Positions 17,261 to 28,146 are shown, counted from the stretch's first letter. The stretch: 64,000 nucleotides of DNA from Elusimicrobium minutum (GCA_020723765.1 DYIF01000010.1:750-64749); one strand, 5' to 3'. Numbers and translations are program-made. Notes: generated by a model from the sequence alone, not told the origin.

Positions 17261-18078
17261 ATTTTCTTAAATTCTATTCTTTTAAAAGGCTTAAATTCCA
17301 TAGAATTTTTCTTGTTTTCGTTTATCGTTTCTTTAAGCCAGTAAAACCATTTTTTTTCAAAATCGTCGTAATCTAAAATTCTATAATTATCCCAGAAAGA
17401 TTTTTGTACTTCTTTTCCGTTTAATATATCTTCGCAGAATTTGTAAAAAATAAGTTTTTTTGATTCGAACATATACCTTACTATCCCGTAAGATTGAAGA
17501 TACCAATTAGCTATGTCGTTGTCGTTTTTAATGGAATTTAAATCGGTTTTAAAAAAAGAGTCGAATTTCATATATACGCTTTTCGGACTATACCTTAAAG
17601 CTCTGGACCACAAAGGATCCGTTTGATAAGAGATATCCTCCATATAAACCGCTATTCCTTCGTTCAACCATAAAGGAGGGTGTTTTAGTTTGGTATTAAA
17701 ATAGCTTTCGAAATAAAGATGAGTAAGCTCATGGGTTATGGTCGGAATAAAAGATTCTTTTTTTTCAGAATCGTATACCACTATCGTTTTTTTATCCACA
17801 AACGCAAGTCCCTTCGACCATTTTGGGGGGGAAAAACTTCCCTTTATATAATTTTCATAGGAAGAATAAATATATATGTTTGTTTTTTCGTTTTTCATCC
17901 ACGGAGCGAAAAAAGAAAGATTTAAATTCATTAAATTGTATATCCTTTCAAGCTCTATGGTTAGGTTGGTGATTTGCCATTTTCCTTCCGAAAATATGTT
18001 AAAATGAGCAGTTTCTGTTCTGTTCCACTGTTCTTGAGAGTTAAGATAAAATGCTATTATTAATAAGAGCTTTATCAT
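17257..18078 (-). CDS. Secreted zinc metallopeptidase (peptidase MA-like family)
   Basis: HELTH followed by PLWLNEGIA gluzincin-type motif; N-terminal signal. Confidence 0.85.
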   Translation of the reverse strand: MIKLLLIIAFYLNSQEQWNRTETAHFNIFSEGKWQITNLTIELERIYNLMNLNLSFFAPWMKNEKTNIYIYSSYENYIKGSFSPPKWSKGLAFVDKKTIVVYDSEKKESFIPTITHELTHLYFESYFNTKLKHPPLWLNEGIAVYMEDISYQTDPLWSRALRYSPKSVYMKFDSFFKTDLNSIKNDNDIANWYLQSYGIVRYMFESKKLIFYKFCEDILNGKEVQKSFWDNYRILDYDDFEKKWFYWLKETINENKKNSMEFKPFKRIEFKKI

Positions 18079-20846
18079 TTTAGATATTTTGCGGTGATAG
18101 ATTTTCCCGAAAGATGTATTTTGTCCGCTTCTCCTTGATAAATTAGATACCCTCCGTTAGGTCCTCCGTAAGGGCCTAACTCGATTATCCAGTCAGCAAA
18201 AGATATAACGTCGGTATTATGTTCTATTATTATCGCCGTGTTTCCTTTTTCGACCAGTCTGTCAACTACGTTTAAAAGTTTTTCGACATCCGCAAAATGA
18301 AGTCCGGTTGTGGGTTCGTCCAGAATATATATATTTTTGCCTTCGTTCCTTTTGGATAGCTCATAGGCTATCTTGATTCTCTGTGTTTCTCCTCCGGAAA
18401 GCGTAGTCGAGCTTTGTCCTATTTTAATGTAACCGAGTCCCACATCGCTTAATAGTTTTAATTTATTATAAATATGCGGTATGTCTTTAAAAAAACCTAA
18501 AGCTTCTTCCACGCTCATCTCAAGCACTTCGTAAATGTTTTTATCTTTATATTTGACTTCCAGCGTATCTTTATTAAATCTTTTACCGTTACATTCTTCG
18601 CATTTTATATGAACATCGGGTAAAAATTGCATTTGTATGTCTATATGACCTTCTCCTTTGCAATTTTCGCATCTTCCGCCCGTAAGATTAAAAGAAAATC
18701 TGGAAGGGGAATATCCTTTTCTTTTAGCCAGAGGAGTAATAGAAAACAAATATCTTATTTCGTCGAAAAAACCTATGTATGTTGCGGGGTTTGATCTGGA
18801 GGTTTTGCCTATCGGAGATTGATCCACCAGTATTATTCTGGAGATTTCTTTATCTAAATTTATTTTTTTAAAAGAGCCCGGTTCTTCTTTGAAAAAAGGA
18901 TTTATTTTTTTCATGAGTCCTTTATAAATTATTTCATATAGAAGAGTAGATTTCCCGGATCCCGATACACCGCATATTACCGTTACAAGACCCAGGGGTA
19001 TTTTTACGTCTATGTTTTTTAGATTAAACTGCGCCGCTCCTTTGATTTCTATAAACCCGTTTTTCGGCTTTCTTTTTTCGGTTTTTTTTACTACGGTTAA
19101 TTTTTTGGATAAATATTTTCCGGTTAGAGAGTTTTGATCTTTTAACATGTCTTCCAATTTTCCGCAAAAAACCATCTCTCCTCCGTATATGCCAGCTCCG
19201 GGTCCTAATTCTATAAGCCAATCGGCATTTTTTATCATTTTTTCGTCGTGTTCCACTATTACCAGAGTGTTATCCAGATCTCTTAAAGATTTAAGGGTTT
19301 CAATCAGTCTTTGGTTATCTAATGGATGAAGTCCTATGGTAGGCTCGTCCAGAACATAAAGCACTCCGCTTAACCGCGAGCCTAACTGAGTGGCAAGCGA
19401 TATCCTCTGGGCTTCTCCTCCAGATAATGTTTGAGAGTATCTGGATAATGTAAGATATCCAAGCCCAACATTTAATAAAAAAGTTGATCTCGATTTTATT
19501 TCTTTTAATATAAGTTTTGATATCTCTAGTTCCGTTTCTGAAAGATTTAAATTATTTATAAAATTTAGAAAATTTTCTATTGTCATATCTGAAACTTCGG
19601 CTATGTTTTTTTCGTTAATTAAAACAGATATAGCCTCTTCCTTTAGTCTTCTTCCTTTACATTGCGGACATTTTATTTCTTTCATAAATCTTGAATATAT
19701 TTCAGATTTAACAAATTCCGATTCGCTTTCCCGATATCTTCTTTTAATATTGTTTATTACTCCTTCAAATTCTCCGTCTCCGTATAAAATTATATTTTTT
19801 TCTTTTTCATTTAAGTCTTTGAATTTCTTTTTAGTGTTTATATCATATTTTTCAGATATTTTTTGTATTATATCGTAATAATAATTTCTCCAAGATGTTT
19901 TCCATCTGTTTGTCCTTGTAGTTACCGGGTTTTCCCAGCATAAAAGCGCCCCTTCCTCTATGGATTTGGAAAAATCTACAGCTAAATTTTCATCCACCTC
20001 TGTTATAAAACCTATTCCTTCGCATTTTGGGCAAGCTCCATAAGGAGAATTAAAAGAAAATAGTCTTGGTTCTATTTCGGCTATAGATATTGAACAATAA
20101 GGACAGGAGTTTTTTTGACTGTATATATTTGATTTGGTTTTGGATTTTATTTCCAGAAGATGATTTTCGTTTAAAGCCAGATCTATATCTTCCCTCAATC
20201 TTTCATATTCTTCATCAATAATCGTGAATTTATCCAGTATTAAGGATATCTCGTGTTTTTTATATCTTTCAAGTTTTGGAATCTCCGAGTAAGAGTATTC
20301 TTTTTTGTCTATTTCAAAATTTACAAACCCTTTTTTTTTGTATCTTTCAAATAATTCCTCGTAAGTTCCTATCCTTCCGGTTATAAGTGGTATTTTTATA
20401 ATTATTTTTTCTGAGTAAAACCTTTTTTTTATATCTTCGAATATTGCGTCTTTAGACCAGCTTTTAACGAGTCTTTTACATTTTGGACAGTGAGGTTTTC
20501 CTATCCTTGCAAACAATAGTCTCAAATAATCGTATATCTCGGTGACAGTTCCGACAGTTGACCTTGGATTTTTTGATGGCGAGTGTTGTTCGATGGCTAT
20601 TGAAGGGGAAAGTCCGTCTATAAGATCCACATCAGGTTTGTCCATCATTTCCAAAAATTGTCTTGCATATGCGCTTAAGCTTTCCACATATCTTCTTTGA
20701 CCCTCGGCGTATATAGTATCGAAAGCTAAAGAAGATTTTCCACTCCCGCTGAGTCCGGTTATTACGGTTATTTTATTTTTCGGTATTTCTAAATTTATGT
20801 TTTTTAGATTATGGGTTCTTGCGTCCTTTATCGTTATTTTATTCAT
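18075..20846 (-). CDS. uvrA: Excinuclease ABC subunit A
   Basis: ARTHNLKNI, GLSGSGKSSLAFDTIYAEGQRRY, two ABC domains (LSGGEAQRI, LSGGETQRI), zinc fingers. Confidence 0.98.
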   Translation of the reverse strand: MNKITIKDARTHNLKNINLEIPKNKITVITGLSGSGKSSLAFDTIYAEGQRRYVESLSAYARQFLEMMDKPDVDLIDGLSPSIAIEQHSPSKNPRSTVGTVTEIYDYLRLLFARIGKPHCPKCKRLVKSWSKDAIFEDIKKRFYSEKIIIKIPLITGRIGTYEELFERYKKKGFVNFEIDKKEYSYSEIPKLERYKKHEISLILDKFTIIDEEYERLREDIDLALNENHLLEIKSKTKSNIYSQKNSCPYCSISIAEIEPRLFSFNSPYGACPKCEGIGFITEVDENLAVDFSKSIEEGALLCWENPVTTRTNRWKTSWRNYYYDIIQKISEKYDINTKKKFKDLNEKEKNIILYGDGEFEGVINNIKRRYRESESEFVKSEIYSRFMKEIKCPQCKGRRLKEEAISVLINEKNIAEVSDMTIENFLNFINNLNLSETELEISKLILKEIKSRSTFLLNVGLGYLTLSRYSQTLSGGEAQRISLATQLGSRLSGVLYVLDEPTIGLHPLDNQRLIETLKSLRDLDNTLVIVEHDEKMIKNADWLIELGPGAGIYGGEMVFCGKLEDMLKDQNSLTGKYLSKKLTVVKKTEKRKPKNGFIEIKGAAQFNLKNIDVKIPLGLVTVICGVSGSGKSTLLYEIIYKGLMKKINPFFKEEPGSFKKINLDKEISRIILVDQSPIGKTSRSNPATYIGFFDEIRYLFSITPLAKRKGYSPSRFSFNLTGGRCENCKGEGHIDIQMQFLPDVHIKCEECNGKRFNKDTLEVKYKDKNIYEVLEMSVEEALGFFKDIPHIYNKLKLLSDVGLGYIKIGQSSTTLSGGETQRIKIAYELSKRNEGKNIYILDEPTTGLHFADVEKLLNVVDRLVEKGNTAIIIEHNTDVISFADWIIELGPYGGPNGGYLIYQGEADKIHLSGKSITAKYLK

Positions 20847-22477
20847 AAATTGGCTTTTCTTTTAACGGCATTTTCTAAATATCTGTTAAATACGGATTCA
20901 TAAATCTCATTTGATTTTTTAGGAAAGTCTTCATTATAATAAGATCCTCTGGATTCTTGCCTTAAAAGAGAGCTTTCTATTATGGCTTTGGAAACAAACG
21001 CTATATTCCTAAGTTCTATGAAATTTTTATTTGGCTTGTATTTGTTATAGTAGTAGTTTATTTCTTCAAATATCAAATTTATTTTTTTCTTAGCCTTAAT
21101 AAGCCTTTGTGTACTTCTTATGATTCCGGCGTAGTTTGTCGTAAGCGTTCTTATTTCATCCCAGTTTTGAGATATTATAACGTCTTCTTCCGATTTTTGC
21201 GTTTTAAGATAATTCCACAATATATGTTTCCCTTTTTGCGTATTTGGAATTTCTATTCTGTCGTTTTTTATTGATAAATATGCTTGATATGCAAAAACCG
21301 ATGCTTCTAAAAGAGAATTGGATGCTAATCTGTTGGCTCCGTGCAAGCCTGTATATGAGACCTCTCCAACGGCGTATAAATTTTTAATGCTTGTTTTTGA
21401 GTTTTCATCAACCTCTATTCCTCCGCAGAAAAAATGAGCAGCCGGAACTACCGGGATAGGTTCTTTTGTTATATCTATTGAATATTTTAAACATGTTTTG
21501 TATATATATGGAAATCTTTTTTTAACAAAATCTGGTGATTTAAAAGAAATATCCAGATATACGAAATCATCTCCGTTTTTTTTGAGTTCGTTTGCTATGG
21601 CTTGAGATACGATGTCCCTTGGCGCAAGTTCTTTCATTGCTGAATAATAAGACATAAATCTTTTGCCTTTTATCGTTTTTAATATGGCTCCCTCACCCCT
21701 TAAAGCCTCGGAAATTAAAAAGTTTTGAGCTTTGTGGTGATATAAACATGTAGGATGGAATTGAACAAATTCCATATTTACAAGATTCAAACCGCTTTTA
21801 TATCCTATCGCGAATCCGTCTCCAGTAGCCGTATGAGGATTTGATGTATAAAGATATGTTTTTCCAGCTCCTCCGGTGGCTATTATTATTTTAGAAGCTA
21901 AAAAAGAATTTATTATATTTGTTTTTGAGTTTAATATATAAGCTCCCAGAGCTTTGTTTTTTTCCGGTTTTGTTTTTTGAGGATGAAACTCTAATATTAA
22001 ATCTATAATTTGATGATTTTCAAATACTCTTATGTTTTTGTTTTTTCTGACTCTTTTTATCAAAGAGTCTATTATTTCTTTTCCGGTATAATCGTATCTA
22101 TGAAGAATTCTTCTAAAAGAATGCCCTCCTTCAAGCCCAAGCTCGAATTTATTTCCTGATTTATCGAATCTTACACCTAAATTTACTAATTCCTGAATTA
22201 TTAATGGCGCTTTTTTCACAGTCATTTCCACTATTTTTTTCTTGGATAATCCGCCACCGGTTTTTAAAGTGTCTTTTATATGATTTTGGAAATCATCTCT
22301 TTCATCCAGTACCGCGGCTATGCCTCCCTGGGCGTAAACCGAGTTGGATATATCTATTTTTTCTTTCGTTATAAGATTAACTTTTCCAATCTCGCTAAGT
22401 TTTATTGCGCAAAAAAGTCCTGCTATTCCGCTTCCTATCACCAGAAATTCGCTTTTATATATTTTTTTATCTTCCAT
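20843..22477 (-). CDS. nadB: L-aspartate oxidase
   Basis: GSGIAGL, SVYAQGGIAA, EGGHSFRRILH, EFVQFHPT, ISEALRGEG and GLHGANRLASNSLLE motifs. Confidence 0.95.
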   Translation of the reverse strand: MEDKKIYKSEFLVIGSGIAGLFCAIKLSEIGKVNLITKEKIDISNSVYAQGGIAAVLDERDDFQNHIKDTLKTGGGLSKKKIVEMTVKKAPLIIQELVNLGVRFDKSGNKFELGLEGGHSFRRILHRYDYTGKEIIDSLIKRVRKNKNIRVFENHQIIDLILEFHPQKTKPEKNKALGAYILNSKTNIINSFLASKIIIATGGAGKTYLYTSNPHTATGDGFAIGYKSGLNLVNMEFVQFHPTCLYHHKAQNFLISEALRGEGAILKTIKGKRFMSYYSAMKELAPRDIVSQAIANELKKNGDDFVYLDISFKSPDFVKKRFPYIYKTCLKYSIDITKEPIPVVPAAHFFCGGIEVDENSKTSIKNLYAVGEVSYTGLHGANRLASNSLLEASVFAYQAYLSIKNDRIEIPNTQKGKHILWNYLKTQKSEEDVIISQNWDEIRTLTTNYAGIIRSTQRLIKAKKKINLIFEEINYYYNKYKPNKNFIELRNIAFVSKAIIESSLLRQESRGSYYNEDFPKKSNEIYESVFNRYLENAVKRKANL

Positions 22478-22555
22478 TTATTTATAAAATATATGTATAT
22501 CCCTTTTTGGGATTATAAATATATTTTAACATTTATTGGTTGGTTTAACAGAGGA

Positions 22556-23590
22556 ATGAAAAAAAATTTAAAATTTTTGCCTTTAATAATTGCGGCTTTA
22601 ATACTTTATTTCCTTATATATCCCAATTATGAAAACATAATTAGAGTATATCACGAATCTAAGAGAACTTACCTTTTGGTTTCTATGCTTGCGGCGCTTG
22701 GAAGCTATTTTTTTATGAGCCTCTCGCTTTATGAGATGCTTAAAATAATGGGACATAAGATACCTTTTTTACAAACTTTTTCCATTACCATGATATCTAC
22801 AGCGGTTAACTATTTTTTTTCGAGCGCTGGCGCAAGCGGTTTTGCCATAAGAACCCATCTTTTAAACAAAAGAAAAGTTCCGGTAAGTATATGCATAACC
22901 ACATCTGTAGTTCTTACTGCTTTTATTTATCTTATACTCGGTTTCATAGTATTCCAAAGTTTTATTCTTCATATGATATCGATAAAGAAAATAAATTTGC
23001 AGGTGCTGGAAGGTTTTATAGGAACGCTTTTTATTTTCTTAATTCCTTTTCTGTTGACTTTGGTAATGTATAATCATAGATTTAGAAACAGATGGGCGAT
23101 AAGGATATATTACTTTATAAATTCGACGATATATCAGATAACAAAATATCAAATACCTAAAGAAGATTTTAGGGAGTTTAAAAACCAGCTTAATCACGGA
23201 GTTTCCATTTTGCATAGCAAAAGATATGAGCTTCATAAAGTTCTGTTTTACGTTTTGCTGGATTGGGTTTTAAATATTATGGTTTTATATTTTGCTTTTC
23301 TTTCTTTGGATATTAAACTATCGCTGGTTAAAATAATAATAGGATTTTCTTTCGGAATGATAATGACCGTTATTCCGATTCTTCCATCCGGACTTGGGGC
23401 CATGGAGTTCGTGATAGCTAATTTTTATTCGAATTACGGAGTTCCGATAGAATCCGCGATATTCGCAAGTCTTGTGTTTAGGGTTTGTTATTATATAATT
23501 CCGTCTCTGGTAAGTTTTATTATGTTTTACGGAATAAAAATAGCTGAACCTGAGATTAAATACGACGGAAATAAAAAGGAGGATATATGA
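22556..23590 (+). CDS. Lysylphosphatidylglycerol synthase TM / flippase-like (UPF0104) membrane protein
   Basis: Multi-TM; IPILPSGLGAMEF and ASLVFRVCYYIIP motifs; start moved from 22280 (which overlaps nadB) to MKKNLKF; exact start uncertain. Confidence 0.8.
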   Translation: MKKNLKFLPLIIAALILYFLIYPNYENIIRVYHESKRTYLLVSMLAALGSYFFMSLSLYEMLKIMGHKIPFLQTFSITMISTAVNYFFSSAGASGFAIRTHLLNKRKVPVSICITTSVVLTAFIYLILGFIVFQSFILHMISIKKINLQVLEGFIGTLFIFLIPFLLTLVMYNHRFRNRWAIRIYYFINSTIYQITKYQIPKEDFREFKNQLNHGVSILHSKRYELHKVLFYVLLDWVLNIMVLYFAFLSLDIKLSLVKIIIGFSFGMIMTVIPILPSGLGAMEFVIANFYSNYGVPIESAIFASLVFRVCYYIIPSLVSFIMFYGIKIAEPEIKYDGNKKEDI

Positions 23591-24084
23591 TCGAAAAATT
23601 CATGGGTTTTTCCCCAAGGATATCGGATTCGGCTTTTATTCATAAAACCGCGGTCATAATAGGGAACGTCGAGATAGAAGATATGGTTTCCATATGGCCT
23701 GGAGCGGTATTAAGAGGGGATGTAGAGAAGATAAAGATAGGTAAAAAGAGCAATATTCAGGATCTCTGCGTTTTTCATCCAAATAGAAATAAGCCCGTTA
23801 TACTTGGGGAAAATGTTACCGTTGGGCATTCCGCCGTAGTTCACGGTTCGGTGGTGGGAAACAATACTTTGATCGCAATGAACGCTACTGTTATAGACAG
23901 CCAGATAGGCGAAAACTGTCTTATAGGAGCTGGTTGTGTAATAACTCCAAACTCGATAATACCGCCAGGGTCTTTGGTTTTAGGAGTTCCTTTTAAAATA
24001 ATAAGACAACTTACCGATAAAGAAATAAAAGCTCTTTCCGATTCGGCTGAAGATTATTTTAAGCTTATGTCTCTCTATAAATAG
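23587..24084 (+). CDS. Gamma-carbonic anhydrase family hexapeptide-repeat protein
   Basis: SIWPGAVLRGDVEKIKIGKKSNIQD..VFH; VTVGHSAVVHG. Confidence 0.92.
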   Translation: MIEKFMGFSPRISDSAFIHKTAVIIGNVEIEDMVSIWPGAVLRGDVEKIKIGKKSNIQDLCVFHPNRNKPVILGENVTVGHSAVVHGSVVGNNTLIAMNATVIDSQIGENCLIGAGCVITPNSIIPPGSLVLGVPFKIIRQLTDKEIKALSDSAEDYFKLMSLYK

Positions 24085-24086
24085 TT

Positions 24087-24452
24087 ATGAAAAAAATATT
24101 GATAATAGAGGATAATAAACAGGGATTAGAGGTTCTAAAAGAAGTTTTGGAACATGAGGGATATTCAGTAATTTGGGCAAACGACGGTATAAACGGGCTT
24201 AGATTTGCTAAAAAGGAATTTCCGGATTTGATACTTTTAGATCTCTTGCTACCTAAGTTTAGTGGTTTCGATATATGTTTGAAGTTGGCCGAAGATGATA
24301 AAACCAGAAAAATACCGATAATAATAATATCTACTCTTGGAGAGGAAAAGTCCACTTACGAAAAACTAAGAAAATTTGAAATTATAAAATTTATGAAAAA
24401 ACCTTATAACATAGATGACCTTTTAGCCGAGATTAAAAAAACATTAAGCTGA
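24087..24452 (+). CDS. Single-domain response regulator
   Basis: KILIIED, PDLILLDLLLPKFSG (phospho-Asp), FMKKPY; no output domain. Confidence 0.92.
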   Translation: MKKILIIEDNKQGLEVLKEVLEHEGYSVIWANDGINGLRFAKKEFPDLILLDLLLPKFSGFDICLKLAEDDKTRKIPIIIISTLGEEKSTYEKLRKFEIIKFMKKPYNIDDLLAEIKKTLS

Positions 24453-24459
24453 ATTTAAA

Positions 24460-25179
24460 ATGTATCAAAAAAAAGATATAATTTTACTAATTTTTAGAAT
24501 CCTTTTTAAGCATTACTCTCATCAGGGTTGGTGGCCGATCTTTGATTTGGATAAGAATATTTCCATATATAGAAAAGGAAAATACTTGCCTGAAAAAAAA
24601 GAAATATTTGAAATATCCGTCGGAGCGATACTGACTCAAAATACTTCATGGAAAAATGCGGAGAAGGCCTTAGGAAAATTGAAAAAAAACGGGTATCTAA
24701 CCCCTTTAAAAATAATTAACTCAGAGAATGAAAATCTTTATGAAATGATAAGGTCCAGCGGTTATTTCAGACAAAAAACAGAAAAATTAAAAACATTTTC
24801 TTTGTGGTTTTTAAATAACCAAAAAGATATATTCAAAAAAGATCCTATCTATTTAAGAAATGATCTGCTTAGACTAAAAGGAGTGGGAAAAGAAACGGCT
24901 GATTCCATAGTTTTATATGCTCTTGGTGGGAAAATATTCGTAATAGATTCATACACCAGAAGAATATACTCAAGAATTACTGGCGATTGTAAAAAATATG
25001 AATACGATGATTTGAGAAAAATATTCGAAAACAATTTGCCTTCAGATTTAAGGATATATAACGAATTTCACGCGCTTATCGTAAAATTGGCTAAAGAAAT
25101 CTGTCAAAAAAGAAATCCTTTATGCGGGGAATGTCCTTTAAAAAAAATTTGTCGGTTTAAAAGGAGAAAAGATGAATAA
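24460..25179 (+). CDS. Endonuclease III-related HhH-GPD DNA glycosylase with 4Fe-4S motif
   Basis: VGAILTQNTSW, LKGVGKETADSI, FVIDSY, CQKRNPLCGECPLKKIC. Confidence 0.9.
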   Translation: MYQKKDIILLIFRILFKHYSHQGWWPIFDLDKNISIYRKGKYLPEKKEIFEISVGAILTQNTSWKNAEKALGKLKKNGYLTPLKIINSENENLYEMIRSSGYFRQKTEKLKTFSLWFLNNQKDIFKKDPIYLRNDLLRLKGVGKETADSIVLYALGGKIFVIDSYTRRIYSRITGDCKKYEYDDLRKIFENNLPSDLRIYNEFHALIVKLAKEICQKRNPLCGECPLKKICRFKRRKDE

Positions 25180-26209
25180 AGTAGAAACGAAAATAGAGAA
25201 ATATCTGGAACAAGAAAACACTAAAGCTGCAAAAAAAATACTCAAGGATATAACGAACAAATCTTATTTTTATTTTTACAAAGGCGAAATTAAAAGAATC
25301 GAAGGATTTATGAAAGAAGCCGTCGATTGTTACGAAAAAGTTTTAAACGAAAAAGATAGAGACGATATCGTTTGTTTCGACTCGCTATTAAATCTCATAT
25401 CTTTATACAGAGCGGAAGGGAATGTGGGCAAAACGGAAAATCTTATAAAAAAAGCCGAAAAAATTTCTCCGAAAGACCCGAGGTTAAAACTTGAAATCGC
25501 CATGTTTTATAGGATGAAAGGAGAATTTAAAAAAGCTCTTTTCGAATTAAACAAAATAAAATCCGGTTATCTTTTGTCAAAAGATTTTCAAGGGGTTTCA
25601 TATATAGAATGGGCGGTCGGAGGAATATACAGGCTTATGGGAGAATTTAAAAAAGCCGTAGATTCTTATGAAAAATCGGTAAAATACGCAGAAAAATCGA
25701 AAGACGATTCTTTGAAAACTTACGCTCTTTTGGGGCTTGCCGGTACTTTCAGAGTTTTCGGTAAAATAAAAAATTCTTACGAATGTTACTCAAAGGCCGG
25801 CAAGATTATTAAAAGCGACGACTATTTCGCAAAGGCTTATGTTTGTTGCGGTCTCGCTAACGCTTTAAGACAAATGGGTGAAATAAAAAAAGCTATTTTC
25901 AATTACAAAAAATCTTATAAACTTTATAAAAGAATAGGCGACAAACTGGATCTCGCTCTGGTATTATGGGGCATGGGGGAGTGCTATAAAAAACTGGGAG
26001 AGTTTGAAACAGCTTTGGAAAAATTTAAAAAGGCGGATAATTTATTTAAAAAAGGATTTGAACCGAGAGGTTTTATACTAAACAGGATATCGACTGCACA
26101 AACGCTTTATTTAATTGGAGAAAAGAAAAAAGCTAAAAGTATTTATTTTAACGCTTTAGACGAAGCCAAAAAACATAATCTTAATACTTACTTAGAGATA
26201 TTTACCTAA
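25172..26209 (+). CDS. TPR-repeat protein
   Basis: Repeated G..YR..G....A...Y helical repeats. Confidence 0.85.
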   Translation: MNKVETKIEKYLEQENTKAAKKILKDITNKSYFYFYKGEIKRIEGFMKEAVDCYEKVLNEKDRDDIVCFDSLLNLISLYRAEGNVGKTENLIKKAEKISPKDPRLKLEIAMFYRMKGEFKKALFELNKIKSGYLLSKDFQGVSYIEWAVGGIYRLMGEFKKAVDSYEKSVKYAEKSKDDSLKTYALLGLAGTFRVFGKIKNSYECYSKAGKIIKSDDYFAKAYVCCGLANALRQMGEIKKAIFNYKKSYKLYKRIGDKLDLALVLWGMGECYKKLGEFETALEKFKKADNLFKKGFEPRGFILNRISTAQTLYLIGEKKKAKSIYFNALDEAKKHNLNTYLEIFT

Positions 26210-26211
26210 AA

Positions 26212-26220
26212 TGCTAAAAT
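26212..26220 (+). promoter_or_regulatory. Extended -10 box TGCTAAAAT, 7 nt before ATG 26228
   Basis: TGn-TAAAAT; no SD between the box and the start codon. Confidence 0.5.
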
Positions 26221-26227
26221 ATAATTA

Positions 26228-26908
26228 ATGATAATCGGTTTTTTAATAGCGATTTTGTCTTTTTCGCCGCATATACTTGCGGGCGAGAAACTGGATCGTT
26301 TTTTAATGGGAAGCGTCGTCAAAAGCGAAGAATGGGAGATAGATAGGAAAAAAAACATAGAATATTTTAAAAATAATGTTTATTTTAAAAACTATTATTA
26401 TATTATGAAATCAGATTACGCCACCTACGATAGGAATAAACAAATATGGGATGTAAAAGGCAAAGTTTATTGCAAAAAAAAGTTAGACGACGGATCGTGG
26501 ATTGAAATGTTTTGCGATAGGGGAGTTTATTTGGAAAAAGACGAAAAAGCCGAACTTTTTTCTGATACCAGAGTTAAGATGATTTATTATGATTCTTTAA
26601 AAAATGAAAATTATCTTTCTTATTCCAAAAAAGCGTTAGCGGATAATAATTATAAAAAAATATTTTTTAAAGGAAACTTTGAAGTTAAACTTTCAAGCAT
26701 AACCGCTTATTCCGACGAAGCGGTTTACGACGATATGGAAAAAACTTTTATTCTTAACTCAAAACCCTCCGCATTGGGTTTTAACCAAAAATATAAGGTT
26801 TATATACAATCTGAAAAAATAAAACTAAACAAAACGGAACTTAGCATATCGGCCGAAAAAAATGTTTTTGGAGTTTTGAAACCTTTTAAAAATAAGGATA
26901 AAAAATGA
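26228..26908 (+). CDS. LptA/OstA-like periplasmic beta-jellyroll protein
   Basis: Signal peptide, repeated beta-strand pattern (MKSDYATYD, AYSDEAVYDD), directly upstream of lptB. Confidence 0.65.
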   Translation: MIIGFLIAILSFSPHILAGEKLDRFLMGSVVKSEEWEIDRKKNIEYFKNNVYFKNYYYIMKSDYATYDRNKQIWDVKGKVYCKKKLDDGSWIEMFCDRGVYLEKDEKAELFSDTRVKMIYYDSLKNENYLSYSKKALADNNYKKIFFKGNFEVKLSSITAYSDEAVYDDMEKTFILNSKPSALGFNQKYKVYIQSEKIKLNKTELSISAEKNVFGVLKPFKNKDKK

Positions 26909-27624
26909 ATTTAAGAGCCCAGAATCTTGTTAAAATCTATAACAAGAAAAAGGTTGTAAAAGGCATTTCATTAAACGTTTCTTTAGGGGAAATCGTCGGG
27001 CTTTTGGGGCCTAACGGCGCCGGCAAGTCTACTACTTTTAATATGATAATAGGATTTGTCGTTCCGGACGAAGGAAATGTTTATATAGACTCCATAAATA
27101 TAACTAAGAAACCGGTTTATATGAGAGCGAGGTTGGGGTTAGGATATCTCGCCCAGGAGCCTACCATATTCAGAGAGTTAACGGTAGAAGATAACCTGGT
27201 CGCAATACTCGAAAGAACCGTCAAAGATAAAAAAGAGATAAACTCCCGGGTGGAAATGCTTTTAAAAGAATTTAATATAGAAAGATTAAAAAAACAAAAA
27301 GCGTATACATTATCCGGAGGAGAGAAAAGAAGGCTTGAAGTGGCGAGAGTGATGATTAACAACCCCAAGATAATAATGCTCGACGAGCCTTTTGTCGGCA
27401 TAGACCCGATAACGGTAGGGGAATTAAAGAAGATAATAAAATACCTAAAAAATAAAAATATAGGAGTTTTGATAAGCGATCATAACGTCAGGGAAACTCT
27501 TTCCATAGTAGATAGGGCTTATCTGGTATATTCCGGAGAAATTTTGGTCGAAGGAAAAGCCGAAGATTTGATATCCGACCCTAAAGCGAGAGAATTTTAT
27601 TTAGGACATGACTTTAAATTATAA
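26905..27624 (+). CDS. lptB: LPS export ABC transporter ATP-binding protein
   Basis: GLLGPNGAGKSTTF, GYLAQEPTIFRELTV, LSGGEKRRLE, DEPFVGIDP, SDHNVRETL. Confidence 0.96.
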   Translation: MNLRAQNLVKIYNKKKVVKGISLNVSLGEIVGLLGPNGAGKSTTFNMIIGFVVPDEGNVYIDSINITKKPVYMRARLGLGYLAQEPTIFRELTVEDNLVAILERTVKDKKEINSRVEMLLKEFNIERLKKQKAYTLSGGEKRRLEVARVMINNPKIIMLDEPFVGIDPITVGELKKIIKYLKNKNIGVLISDHNVRETLSIVDRAYLVYSGEILVEGKAEDLISDPKAREFYLGHDFKL

Positions 27625-28135
27625 AATAATTTCTTTTAAATTGCTGGCAAATGTTTGTTTCTTCTTTTTTTTGATTTCATGCTCGGGGGAAAAAGAAGAA
27701 AAATCTTTCGAAGAAACATCGATGAAAAAATTCTTTTTAACTCATATGAAAAATAGCGAAAAAAAATGGGACCTTTACTGCTCCAGAGCGTTTTTGGACC
27801 AAAAACAAGACAAAATAAAATGCTATTCTACGGAAATATCGGTTTACTCGGATTCTGCCAAAATTTCTCAAATAAATTCAAAAACCGGGTTTGGCGAACT
27901 TTCAAAAGAATCTTTTTATTTAAAGGACGGCGTAAAAATAATCTCTTATTCTCAAGGACTTGAACTATACTGCGAAAAAGTTTATTTCGATTCGCAAAAA
28001 GAAAAGATTTATTCGGATTTGCCGACGACCGTCATAAAGAAAAAGGAAAATGTGGAAATAAAATCCATGGGTTTTGAAGCCAGATCAGACCTTTCAAACA
28101 TAAAATTTTTTAAACACACCACGAGAAAGATATAA
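27608..28135 (+). CDS. lptC: LPS export protein LptC-like
   Basis: N-terminal hydrophobic segment ending FFLISC; KKWDL, LYCEKVYFD..KEKIYSD and MGFEARSDLSNIKF patterns; adjacent to lptB. Confidence 0.7.
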   Translation: MTLNYKIISFKLLANVCFFFFLISCSGEKEEKSFEETSMKKFFLTHMKNSEKKWDLYCSRAFLDQKQDKIKCYSTEISVYSDSAKISQINSKTGFGELSKESFYLKDGVKIISYSQGLELYCEKVYFDSQKEKIYSDLPTTVIKKKENVEIKSMGFEARSDLSNIKFFKHTTRKI

Positions 28136-28146
28136 GTTTTTAGAGT

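Noticed and set aside
17825-17831. G7 tract in the peptidase gene and several A/T homopolymers as phase-variation sites
   Set aside because: Short, in frame, and expected by chance or composition; no frameshifted genes seen.
22280-22555. N-terminal extension of the flippase-like ORF
   Set aside because: It overlaps nadB on the opposite strand; family-like sequence starts near MKKNLKF (22556).
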